A program made the translations under genes and the position numbers. Below are positions 53,290 through 64,000 of a stretch of 64,000 nt of DNA, piece after piece. The notes beneath the pieces were generated by a model. That model made no database searches. It saw nothing but the letters and a program-made list of their open reading frames with translations, and had not been told where the DNA came from. The stretch covers positions 1,728,001 through 1,792,000 of the forward strand of contig JBPOGI010000001.1 in assembly GCA_051251855.1 (NCBI GenBank). Reading direction: 5' to 3'. Numbering within the stretch: the first letter of the stretch is position 1; each line of letters opens with the position of its first letter. The stretch comes from Roseibacillus sp. (GTDB lineage: Bacteria > Verrucomicrobiota > Verrucomicrobiia > Verrucomicrobiales > Akkermansiaceae).

Positions 53290-53793
53290 CCGCTTCGTTT
53301 CTCCACCGCAGAAGCGCAGAAATCTCGAACCACCGCGGGAGCGGGGCACAGCAGGAGATAAGGAGAAAAAGGAGCCGGGGTTCTGTGATTTCAAATAGAA
53401 GGCCGCAAACTTCGCAAAGGACGGGGTTCTGCAGTTTTAAGCAGAAGGCAACGAAGGAAACGAAGGACAGCGTTGATTTTTCTAGGCTAAACTTGAAAAA
53501 GCAGTGCCAAATAGAACTTCTATCTCTCTTCAATCACTGCCGAACCGTCCTTCGCTTTACTCTGCTCAAAAAATACACAGAACCGATTTTTGCGTCTTTT
53601 GTGCATCTTCGCGGCCAAAAATCATCCAACCCCGATAGCCCAACCTCGTCCTTTGCTTCCTTCGTTGCCTTCTGTTTAAAAAATCCTACCGAACCGACTC
53701 CTTTCTTCCTCCTTATCTCCTGCTGTGCCCCGCTCCCGCGGTGGTTCCAAAAATCTCTGTGAAACTCAGCGTCCTCCGCGCCTCCGCGTTGAA
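53290..53793. repeat. nested long inverted repeat of purine-rich modules
   Basis: 53327-53374 inverted at 53698-53747; 53435-53468 inverted at 53648-53681. Confidence 0.85.
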
Positions 53794-53860
53794 CGAACAA
53801 TCCTAAAATTCCCTTTACTTAACAGACTTCCGCATTGCCCCAACCGCCCTCATCCCTTAG

Positions 53861-56074
<2,214 letters not shown>

Positions 56075-56080
56075 AACCGT

Positions 56081-56289
56081 CACTGGGAGCGCTGGTCTGT
56101 GACCGGCCCCACTGCCCGATAAAAACCTGCGTCGATGGCTCCCCTTCAATTCTCAAACAGATTAAAAGTGTCTCCTCTGTGAGATACAACGGCTGGAGAC
56201 GAAAGCTCGTAAAAGAGCAATTGCAGTCTTGTCGAGTTCGGTTCTGGATGGACATACTGGTGGGGCCGGTCACAGACCAGCGCTCCAAG
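56081..56289. repeat. REP doublet (REPIN-like) upstream of and overlapping RAYT
   Basis: CACTGGGAGCGCTGGTCTGTGACCGGCCCCAC (56081-56112) and inverted copy (56260-56289). Confidence 0.88.
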
Positions 56290-56853
56290 AAAGGATGGCA
56301 CTCCCGTGGGTATCTGCCTCACTTTGATGGCACCGCTACCATTCAGGCTTTGACCTTTCGCCTAGCCGACTCACTTCCGCAATCAGTTCTCGCTGGTTGG
56401 CGAACCCAGCTTCGCGACCTCGACGAAGCCCAAGCGCACATTCAACTCTCTCGCAAAATCGCCCACTACGAAGACGCTGGCCACGGCGCTTGTCTCCTCT
56501 CGAACCCGTCCAATGCAGAGATCGTGCAAGACGCTCTTCTCCACTTCGACGGTGAACGCTACCGCCTCCTCGACTGGGTCATCATGCCCAACCATGTCCA
56601 CGCTCTCGTTAAGACCGATACCGAACCTCTTCCTCGTATCGTCAAGAGTTGGAAGACCTTCACCGCTCGCCAAATCAATCTCGCCCGCAAGTCCTCCGGA
56701 CCCGTCTGGGAACGCGAATACCACGATCGCTACATCCGCGATCTCGCTCACTATCACAACGCTGTTGCCTACATTCGCAACAACCCCGTCAAAGCCAAGC
56801 TCTGCCCCACGCCCCGAGACTGGCCCTACTCCAGCGCCTCAGCAAAAACGTAG
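56248..56853 (+). mobile_element. REP-associated tyrosine transposase (RAYT, Y1 HUH)
   Basis: WHSRGYLPHFD, TFRLADSLP, MPNHVH (HUH), W.REY.DR.IR, YIRNNPVKA (catalytic Tyr), DWPYSSA; flanked by REPs. Confidence 0.93.
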
Positions 56854-56857
56854 TTCC

Positions 56858-57005
56858 CACTGGGAGCGCTGGTCTGCGACCGGCCCCACTGCCCGATCAG
56901 AACGTGCGGTGACCAATCCTGCTGGAAAGTTCTACTACCATCCAGCCGCTGTCGGTTCGGTATAGACGTAACGGTGGGGCCGGTCACAGACCAGCGCTCC
57001 CAGTG
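56858..57005. repeat. REP doublet (REPIN-like) downstream of RAYT
   Basis: Direct copy 56858-56889 and inverted copy 56974-57005. Confidence 0.9.
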
Positions 57006-57230
57006 CCACCTCTCCAAAGACCTCGCCCTTTTCAAAGCACTTTGACAACTACCAGCAAATAAAAAACACTCAAAAATTCGGGCCAACCCTCGCAACGGAA
57101 CATTTCTCAGTAGAGAAGCTGGAGTCAGCCCACGATCTAAACATTCTTCATTCAGCCCCCTTCTCCTTCGACACCGGCGCCAACCATGGTCTTCACCTCT
57201 TCTCTATGGCTTCGACTCCTGACCTAGTAG

Positions 57231-58655
57231 TCAATCTCCCAAAATCCCAGGGTAATTTGCCTCTATCCAATCTTGCGATCTCCGGTGAGTTGCGGAGGTT
57301 CTCCGGTGAGTTGCGGAGGCTCTCAGGTCGAGTGCACCGTATTGTACGGCACTTCCGGCGGTTGAACCGTATTCTATGTATCTCTCGTTTTGATAGGCGG
57401 AAAAGGCTTCGATTTGTGCGACACTTCCCTCCGAAGACAAAGGCGGAGAGGCTGCCGTGCCTGTGAAATCGTTCGTTGAGATCTGAGGAGAAAGCTCCAA
57501 GCTCACCACTTCAGAATCTATTGCAGTGAAGTTGGCCACTAACTCATTGGCATAACCTTGCAGATTCAAATCGCCGATATAGCTCACGAGGGTAGCCGGG
57601 GTTTCCACTCCAATCTCAGGGTTACTCAAAATGCCTTCGATGACGAGGTAGAGACCCAAGTCGATGTTTGTCCACGAGCCCAGATCTGCCACAACATCGG
57701 GGAGGGTCTCTGGGGAAGCGGCGGCAAGTTGCTGCAAGTATCCAGCCGCCACCAAAGAGGCTACCTCGGGATCAAGAGTTTGGAGGTAATCATTAAAAGC
57801 GACTGAAGAGAGATCGGCGGAATTCCAGCCCACGTCGATGGCCGATTGTAAGACCGCTCTTCTGTCGGCGGAATAACGAATCCAAGAACGTGCTTTGGTG
57901 CTAGCCCGAGAAGCCATCTCCGAAATGCGCCGAGCGGTTGAGTGAACTGAAAGCCCCTTCGGAAAGTCGACGAGAGCCTGAGTGGCAAGATCGACAGTCG
58001 AGCTATTCTCATCGCTCTTCACCAACCCCTCATCGGAAATTTCTAGCGTCACATCGACCTCGACTAATTCCTGCTCTGGAACTGGCTGTTGGAAGGATTG
58101 CCATGCGAGCGCATGCGGGGCTAGTTCTGAGGATTGCAGCGCAGTGTTGAGCGCGAACTGAAAACTTTCGTCTCCCATTTCGAAAGACCGAGCCAATACT
58201 TCGGCCACTCCTTGCGAGCGCATCCAGGCATCGAAAAACAAGGTGCGCTCGTGAACGGTTTGGAAAAGAAAGCCAGTAGCCAAATCGCGAAAGTCTGTCG
58301 GACTACAACGGTCCAGATGGAGCAGGAGTAAAGAGAGACGCTCCAAAGGATCGTTTTCCTCGGCGAAGTAACGAGGGAAATCTTCCAGCCGACTATCGCG
58401 AGTTGAGCTGAGAAGCTCAGTGTCGGATTTGGTGCCCGACGACAACCTCGAAGAGGCCAAGCGAGCACTCTTGAGCGAGGTTTTGCTCGAGCTCGAAGAA
58501 AGCGCCGAAGTCTTTTGGTCGGTCTTGAAGCCGAACCAAAAGGAAATCAACAACATCCCAAGCCAAAGACTAGTGAAAAACGTTACTCTCACTCTAGGGA
58601 GAAAACTATCAAACCCCTGAACGAGAACCAGCCTAAACACAGCAGCGGCAGCCAT
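57231..58655 (-). CDS. hypothetical protein with N-terminal TM and Ser-rich linker
   Basis: 474-aa ORF; start may be GTG 58592; 21-bp in-frame tandem duplication near the C-terminus. Confidence 0.6.
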   Translation of the reverse strand: MAAAAVFRLVLVQGFDSFLPRVRVTFFTSLWLGMLLISFWFGFKTDQKTSALSSSSSKTSLKSARLASSRLSSGTKSDTELLSSTRDSRLEDFPRYFAEENDPLERLSLLLLHLDRCSPTDFRDLATGFLFQTVHERTLFFDAWMRSQGVAEVLARSFEMGDESFQFALNTALQSSELAPHALAWQSFQQPVPEQELVEVDVTLEISDEGLVKSDENSSTVDLATQALVDFPKGLSVHSTARRISEMASRASTKARSWIRYSADRRAVLQSAIDVGWNSADLSSVAFNDYLQTLDPEVASLVAAGYLQQLAAASPETLPDVVADLGSWTNIDLGLYLVIEGILSNPEIGVETPATLVSYIGDLNLQGYANELVANFTAIDSEVVSLELSPQISTNDFTGTAASPPLSSEGSVAQIEAFSAYQNERYIEYGSTAGSAVQYGALDLRASATHRRTSATHRRSQDWIEANYPGILGD

Positions 58656-58742
58656 TCGCCAACCGGGTCAGTCCTGATTGGCACTGCATTAAGCCACATT
58701 TCGTTCGAGAACCGAGAGTTTATCATAGCTGAGGCCGCAGGC

Positions 58743-58842
58743 ATAGGAGAGTGGCTTTCTAAGCCGCTGGGGTTGATCCCGTTACTGGGCAGATAAATCA
58801 ATCGACGACAGTTCAGTGAATTCGGGAGTGCGCAGGCCTACC
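58743..58842 (+). repeat. second GGAG-type REP with ~100-bp flank (left direct repeat)
   Basis: ATAGGAGAGTGGCTTTCTAAGCCGCTGGGG...GCAGGCCTACC, repeated at 59334-59432. Confidence 0.75.
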
Positions 58843-59077
58843 TTTAACGAGCAACAACTTAGCTGCCATCATGAAGTTGCCGATAGTAACCGTGAACCCA
58901 TCGTGATCACACGCAGCGGCAAGCCTCTGGTGGCTCACCTCCCAATGGACGAGTATGGAAAGCATGGTCGAAACCCTCCCTCTTCTCTCGTCCCCAGCCA
59001 ACCAGGCCCGCATCAATCAGGGACTGCTAGACTACGCCGAAGGCCGCTTCGCCAAACACGCCTTGATTGAAGAGTAA
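58843..59077 (+). pseudogene. yefM: yefM-type (Phd/YefM) antitoxin pseudogene
   Basis: Fragments NREPIVITRSGK..MDEY and ESMVETL.LLSSPANQARINQG..HALIEE in different frames; 5' end missing. Confidence 0.8.
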
Positions 59078-59331
59078 TGGAACTCGTCTGGCTCGAAGGC
59101 CCTTGGGAGGACTACCTCTAATGGCAAAAAACTGATAAGAAGGTCCTCAAAAGACTCAATCAGCTCATCAAGGAAGCAATGCGCGCGCCCTTCGAAGGCA
59201 TTGGCAAACCCGAACCTCTCAAAGCCAATCTCACTGGCTGGTGTTCCCCCCGCATGACCGGCGAACTTAGACTCGTCTACCGAGTAGAGGCTGACCACTT
59301 CATCGTCTTCCAATGCCGCTTTCTTGACTGA
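59077..59331 (+). pseudogene. yoeB: Txe/YoeB toxin pseudogene
   Basis: MELVWLEGPWEDYL*WQKTDKKVLKRLNQLIKE..R.PFEGIGKPEPLK.NL.G..S.R...E.RLVY; TAA at 59119-59121; TAATG coupling to yefM. Confidence 0.9.
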
Positions 59332-59333
59332 CT

Positions 59334-59481
59334 ATAGGAGAGTGGCTTTTTAAGCCACTGGGGGTGATCTCGTCACTTTGAAGACGACATAATCATGGCA
59401 AGATTAATGAACAAAGAAGTCAGCAGGCCTACCCCGAACTGCCGATACGACTAGGTCGCGGCTTGTAAAGACCGCGCTCCT
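59334..59481. repeat. second-family REP doublet (right direct repeat plus inverted REP)
   Basis: ATAGGAGAGTGGCTTTTTAAGCCACT ... GCGGCTTGTAAAGACCGCGCTCCT. Confidence 0.7.
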
Positions 59482-59693
59482 GTCATCTTTGCCTTCCTGC
59501 GAAACCTTCACCTCGGCGGCTTTCAAATTGATCTGACCAGACTCCTAGAACCTAAAAAGAATCTCATTTTTAAAAAGGCTCCTGATGCTATTTTTTCCAA
59601 GACATCTCCGTGCCAAAAGGTTATCTCCTCTCTATTGAGAATGGTGGATTACCCTTCGCCTATTTTCTTCCCCTTTAACTTGAGAGCGAGAGT

Positions 59694-60062
59694 ATGGACA
59701 AAGAAGAACAGAGAATAGCCATCGCTGCAGCCAACCGTGAATTGTGGGCAGACAAGGGGTATCGCTGGACCAACACCGGATTTCTCTATCGAGTTGAGGA
59801 TGGCCATATGTTGACCTTGGATCCGCTCGACGACCTAAATGTCATGGCCGAGGCCAAGAAAGGCCTCAATACAAATGAACGCCGAAACGACTACCTCGCT
59901 TATCTCTGGGATCTTCTCGGATTGGAGAGAGATCGTGTCTTTTGGGACGAGAACAATGCTCAAGGTTTGCAGACCATTGTCATCGACGTCACTGCCGAGC
60001 AACAAGCCGTCGCCTATCTCAAAGCCCTCGATTTGTGGAGCTCTGAGGAGCTTCCAAATTAG
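59694..60062 (+). CDS. hypothetical protein, phage-like (ABA-sandwich-like)
   Basis: EEQRIAIA..DPLDDLNVMAEA..TAEQQAVAYLKALDLW resembles small phage proteins (from recall). Confidence 0.6.
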   Translation: MDKEEQRIAIAAANRELWADKGYRWTNTGFLYRVEDGHMLTLDPLDDLNVMAEAKKGLNTNERRNDYLAYLWDLLGLERDRVFWDENNAQGLQTIVIDVTAEQQAVAYLKALDLWSSEELPN

Positions 60063-60071
60063 AGCCTGAAG

Positions 60072-60323
60072 CTAGTGGTCCGAATAACAAGACCCCGTGT
60101 AACTCGGTGCGTTGGTGTCGATGCGACCCACCCCCTTGAGAGCCGAGCCTTTTTTACCTTCCTGCGAAACTTTCACCTCACCAGATTCAATCAACTTCTT
60201 CACTGCCGGACGCTCGGCGGCTTTCCAATTGATCTGACCAGACTTCCCTGGCCCCAAGAACAGCTTCTTCCCACCAGGAAGAGGAACACTCAGAGGCTTT
60301 TTGGTTTGGTTGGTAATATCCAT
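60072..60323 (-). CDS. small conserved-looking hypothetical protein
   Basis: MDITNQTKKPLSVPLPGGKKLFLGPGKSGQI..PAVKKLIESGE. Confidence 0.6.
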   Translation of the reverse strand: MDITNQTKKPLSVPLPGGKKLFLGPGKSGQINWKAAERPAVKKLIESGEVKVSQEGKKGSALKGVGRIDTNAPSYTGSCYSDH

Positions 60324-60573
60324 GAGATTGGCTAGAGAAGTATCATAGCCCAAGATTAAGGTGAGGTCGAGACTGACTCGACTCGACCCTGAGAGTGATA
60401 GCAGAGCGGCCGAAGGGCAGACCTGCATTGCAATGCCCTCGAGGTTCCTGAAGCCTACTGGGACATACTAAAGTCAGCATCGGGTTGGGTGAAAGCTCCG
60501 CACTTGGTCCCCATCTTCTCAATTTCTGACGTGACGGGCTCCCCCTATTCGGATTTCAATTTAAGGCCAGCCC

Positions 60574-61656
60574 ATGACTCTCAAATCACTTTGCTTCCTC
60601 ACTGCCTTCTTGCTCACCCCTTTCACGAGGGGGCAAGACTCAGACACTTTCAATCTCTCTGCGGTGCTGCAAGGAGTGAGCGAAGACAACATCTTCTACA
60701 ACGAAGAGTTTTTTAATTGGGGTTCAGGAATCGTGAAGGGAGACGATGGCAAGTATCACCTCATCTATTCCCAGATGCCTCGGAAGCACGGATTCTATTC
60801 CTGGCTGACGGACGGTATCGTCTCACGTGCGGTTTCCGATCATCCCGCCGGCCCCTACAAACATGTGGAAGTCGTCTTGTCGGGAAGAGGACCAGGACAC
60901 TGGGACGCCTACACCGCACATTGCCCCAAGGTCTACAAATTCGACGGCAAATATTACATCTACTATATGTCGACGAACTCGGGCGAGATGAACCTGACTC
61001 CAAAGCAACTCGAAGAGGTGCGTCGCACGAAATGGAATGAGGGAAACCTCAGGGACATGATGCGTTTAAACCAACGGATTGGCGTCGCAGTCGCCGACAA
61101 AATCGAAGGCCCTTGGCAGCGATTCGACGAACCGGCCGTCGTTCCAGCATTGCCAATCGCAAACATCGTCAACAACACAAGCGTAACGAAAAGACCGGAA
61201 GGAGGCTACCTAATGATCATTCGCGGCGACCAACCTGACCAGCCGGAGGGAACCATCTTGCGGAGCCAAGCCGTCGCCCTCGCCGACCACCCTCTCGGAC
61301 CCTGGGTGATTCAGCCCAAACCCGTTATCAAGGACTACAACTCGGAAGACCCCGAGGTTTGGTATGACGCCAGTCGCAAGCGCTACTATTCCCTCTACCA
61401 CGCTTTTGGATACATGGGAATGATCACTTCCTTGAACGGGCTCGATTGGCAGCGCGCCAAACACTACCGCGTCTCTGATAAATCCTACACCACTAACGAC
61501 GGCCAAACCGTCGAAGTGCAACGATACGAAAGACCCACTATCTACCACGAAAATGGCAAGCCGTTAGTGATGACGGCCGGAATCCGCAAGAAAGACGGCG
61601 ACACCTTCTCCCTATTCATTCCACTCAAACAAGAGCCGGTCGAATCAGAACCCTAA
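60574..61656 (+). CDS. secreted five-bladed beta-propeller glycoside hydrolase (GH43/117-like clan)
   Basis: WG..IVKGDDGKYHL, RAVSD.PAGPY, DGKYYIYY, QRIGVAVAD.IEGPW, EDP, ERP. Confidence 0.85.
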   Translation: MTLKSLCFLTAFLLTPFTRGQDSDTFNLSAVLQGVSEDNIFYNEEFFNWGSGIVKGDDGKYHLIYSQMPRKHGFYSWLTDGIVSRAVSDHPAGPYKHVEVVLSGRGPGHWDAYTAHCPKVYKFDGKYYIYYMSTNSGEMNLTPKQLEEVRRTKWNEGNLRDMMRLNQRIGVAVADKIEGPWQRFDEPAVVPALPIANIVNNTSVTKRPEGGYLMIIRGDQPDQPEGTILRSQAVALADHPLGPWVIQPKPVIKDYNSEDPEVWYDASRKRYYSLYHAFGYMGMITSLNGLDWQRAKHYRVSDKSYTTNDGQTVEVQRYERPTIYHENGKPLVMTAGIRKKDGDTFSLFIPLKQEPVESEP

Positions 61657-61695
61657 GATCCCCTCTCTCCATCCTTAAACCGCTCTCAGTCCAGA

Positions 61696-62430
61696 CTACC
61701 GCTTCACTTCCCTCACCACGAAACTCCGAATCGCAATGGGACCGTGGTCGCCTTGGATAGAAATAGGCCCTTTCTTCGCTTCTCCTTTCAAAGGATGAGA
61801 AATGGTGGGGCCGGCTACGGACACATTCTCCTGCACCACCTTTCCATTCACACGCACCCACTCAATGACCGCATCTTCTATCTTTTCTCCCTTTTCAGAA
61901 AAGCGAGGAGCTCGAAATTTCATCTCCAAGCGTTGCCAGCTTCCGGGCTCTTTGGCGGCATTGAGGCTTGGAGCTACCCCTGCATATTTTTTCCTCTCCT
62001 CGTCGGGTAGTCCCTTCCCCTTCACTCCCTCATAAATTCCACCGAGGTCGCCGAAGCCCACTTTCTTTTTTCCAAAGCTATCCAAAATCTGAACCTCATA
62101 TCGCCCCATCAAATAGACCCCTGCGTTCGACCCCTTGGGAATCAGAAACTCCAAACTCATCTCCAAGTCTCCATACTCTTGTTTCGTCAACAGGTAAGGC
62201 AGCCCCTTCACCCGCTCGGTCGCATTCACGAGAATCTTGCCTTCTTCGTTAGGCTCGACACTCAGTTTCTGAGGGTCGTCTTCATCCAGCGCGACAGAAG
62301 TCACCAGATGCCACCCTTCCGTCTTCTGAAAATTTTGTAATGGATGTTCCCCTATCAACTCTTCATCTGCAGCCACTGACAGCATCGTCAAAGAGAAAGA
62401 GAGAACTAGGAACCGTGGCAAGAGCTTCAT
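61696..62430 (-). CDS. DUF1080 (3-keto-disaccharide hydrolase) family protein
   Basis: L.TK..YGD, SNAGVYL.GRYEVQILDS, W, VNG..VQ, GPI.IQGDHGPI. Confidence 0.9.
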   Translation of the reverse strand: MKLLPRFLVLSFSLTMLSVAADEELIGEHPLQNFQKTEGWHLVTSVALDEDDPQKLSVEPNEEGKILVNATERVKGLPYLLTKQEYGDLEMSLEFLIPKGSNAGVYLMGRYEVQILDSFGKKKVGFGDLGGIYEGVKGKGLPDEERKKYAGVAPSLNAAKEPGSWQRLEMKFRAPRFSEKGEKIEDAVIEWVRVNGKVVQENVSVAGPTISHPLKGEAKKGPISIQGDHGPIAIRSFVVREVKR

Positions 62431-62573
62431 CGCTTCTATCCTAGAGAAAATCCATCACCCGACAAGCAACCGCTTTGAATCTCTCCGCTTCCAGCGTTCC
62501 AGGGTATTCGAACTTTCAAGGGAAATTGGAATTGCCAATGAGAGAGGCTCTCCTTCAACCTAGGAGGCAGAAC

Positions 62574-63005
62574 ATGAAAAGCATCAAACCTGGCAGAGGT
62601 CCTTCCGCAATGGCGGCCGTTGGTGGAGTTATCGCCGTGATATTCGGCATCTTTTGGATTGGAATGGCGTCTGAAATATCAGGAAGCTTTGGAGGCGGAA
62701 TTGCTTCCTTCTTTCCTCTCTTCGGAGTCTTGTTCGTCGTCGTAGCTATCATTGGAGTGCTCTACAACGTCAAGAATGCCACCTCCAAGGACCGCTTTTC
62801 GACCTTTGATATTACCGATGAGTCCGAAGAGTCCGATCCCCTCAATGAAGCTTTTGGCAGACCGCAACCGTCACCCACAAAACCTGCGAACGCAGAAAAA
62901 ACCGTGCGAGAACGACTATCAAAACTAGAAGCGCTGCGAAAAGACAACCTCATCACTGAAGACGAGTATCAAGCTCAGCGAAAAACAATCATCACCTCTC
63001 TCTAA
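62574..63005 (+). CDS. SHOCT domain membrane protein
   Basis: AGGAGG RBS; two TM; RLSKLEALRKDNLITEDEY..QRK.II. Confidence 0.85.
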   Translation: MKSIKPGRGPSAMAAVGGVIAVIFGIFWIGMASEISGSFGGGIASFFPLFGVLFVVVAIIGVLYNVKNATSKDRFSTFDITDESEESDPLNEAFGRPQPSPTKPANAEKTVRERLSKLEALRKDNLITEDEYQAQRKTIITSL

Positions 63006-63027
63006 GTCCCCCTCCTCTTCCTCACGC

Positions 63028-63528
63028 CTAATGGGCGAATGCCCCACTCCATTCTTTCGCTAATCCCGTTCCTTCTCCGGCTAGAAGCATCTCACGAAAC
63101 TCGTAAAAATCGACTTCCAGTAAATTTCGATAGTCATAGCAGTAAAAAGGATTCAGGCGTTTCCCCTTCAAGTAAGATTGAGAATAATGCTTCAAATACT
63201 CGGGCAAGACCAACGTCCCAATCAGGACTGCCCCAAACAGATACAGACTACGCTTCCCATTGCCTAAACAGAGAAACTGAAGGGCAATCTCATCCTCCAC
63301 CGCCGTCCCATAGCCAGTAAGAACATGATAAATATCGTGCTGCTCCACTTTGGGAATCAACTCAAAGTCATTCTCCTCGAGAAATCTCCCTAAGTGATAC
63401 CCCAAAGTCGCTGGCTCATACTTCAATAAATCACGACGCCGAATCCCCCACTCTGGCGAGGACTTGAAGAGGGTGGTGTAGATTCTTTGCGAGTGTAAAT
63501 AGAGGGCGGTCAGGAATTTCTTTCTCAT
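63028..63528 (-). CDS. Coq4-like family protein
   Basis: TLG; HDIYHVLTGY...EDE (HDxxH-x11-E). Confidence 0.8.
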   Translation of the reverse strand: MRKKFLTALYLHSQRIYTTLFKSSPEWGIRRRDLLKYEPATLGYHLGRFLEENDFELIPKVEQHDIYHVLTGYGTAVEDEIALQFLCLGNGKRSLYLFGAVLIGTLVLPEYLKHYSQSYLKGKRLNPFYCYDYRNLLEVDFYEFREMLLAGEGTGLAKEWSGAFAH

Positions 63529-63666
63529 GTTTTTGGAGAAGCGGTTTCACTTCTCCGCCATCACATCCCGCTCCCGTGAAGCCACCATGAACCCTCGATG
63601 AAAAACGAGAGAATTTTCTCTTCATTCGAACACCTAACAACCGTGAATCCCTGACTACAAAAGCCC

Positions 63667-64000
63667 CTACTCTTCCTGCACCGCAAGCCCCTTAAGATAT
63701 TCTTGATCGCCCTCGCTCAAGGTGTCGAAGTCGAGGTCCGTTGTGCGGCCATTCCGTTGACGAATCCGTACCAGACCTAGCCGATGGTCAAAAGCAACCA
63801 AACTGCCTTCAAACGAAGCGGTTCTATCCGCGTTGGTAAACTTTCGAAAGGCACGCTCATTAGACTCCAAGAACTCATTCTTCTTAGCGACCTCTGCTCC
63901 CCCCTCCACCCCATGAACACGGAGCTTGGGACTGGAGAAACTATAGACGAACGCCATCGCGGCAGTGGTGTGATTGCGAATATTTTTGCGGTAATAGGAG
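63667..64000 (-). CDS. protein with C-terminal SHD1 domain (5' end outside the window)
   Basis: Frame is open to the window edge; RKFTNAD..FEGSLV..VRI..NG....F..LSEGDQEYL. Confidence 0.7.
   Translation of the reverse strand, partial: SYYRKNIRNHTTAAMAFVYSFSSPKLRVHGVEGGAEVAKKNEFLESNERAFRKFTNADRTASFEGSLVAFDHRLGLVRIRQRNGRTTDLDFDTLSEGDQEYLKGLAVQEE

Noticed and set aside
52155..53333. 392-aa antisense ORF opposite the LOG gene
   Set aside because: Shadow ORF; the plus-strand protein has the clear family motifs.
56248..56853. IS200/IS605 TnpA with TnpB
   Set aside because: No tnpB; length, motifs and REP flanks indicate a RAYT.
58743..59481. Integron cassette with attC sites
   Set aside because: No clear RYYYAAC/GTTRRRY boundaries and no integron integrase; the repeats fit a REP design better.

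Overview
Bacterial chromosomal segment, most likely from a marine Verrucomicrobium. This is inferred from the DUF1549/DUF1501 pair, long-form GreA, ECF/FecR-LamG pairs and large secreted CAZymes. Housekeeping genes present: fabD, dapF, prc, ruvA, nuoA, rpmB, eno, greA, nadE, secA, icd and tRNA-Asp. Interspersed with these are: (i) a fucoidan-type locus at 3.7-11.8 kb (uncharacterised tandem SGNH-like protein, SGNH esterase, GH107 endo-fucanase, sulfatase); (ii) other secreted enzymes (alginate-lyase-like, PA-domain metallopeptidase, beta-propeller GH). Five of the secreted proteins share an unnamed ~120-aa DxDxDG..E...G.NP/F.RL module, C-terminal in four and N-terminal in the sulfatase. The window also holds many palindromic non-coding elements: a RAYT with GGAG-tagged REP doublets (one REP inside the RAYT reading frame), a second REP family bracketing a dead yefM-yoeB module, nested purine-rich inverted repeats around a deaminase/LOG pair, two MITE-like elements and a ~200-nt structured ncRNA candidate. 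All family assignments come from motif recognition by eye, not from database searches.
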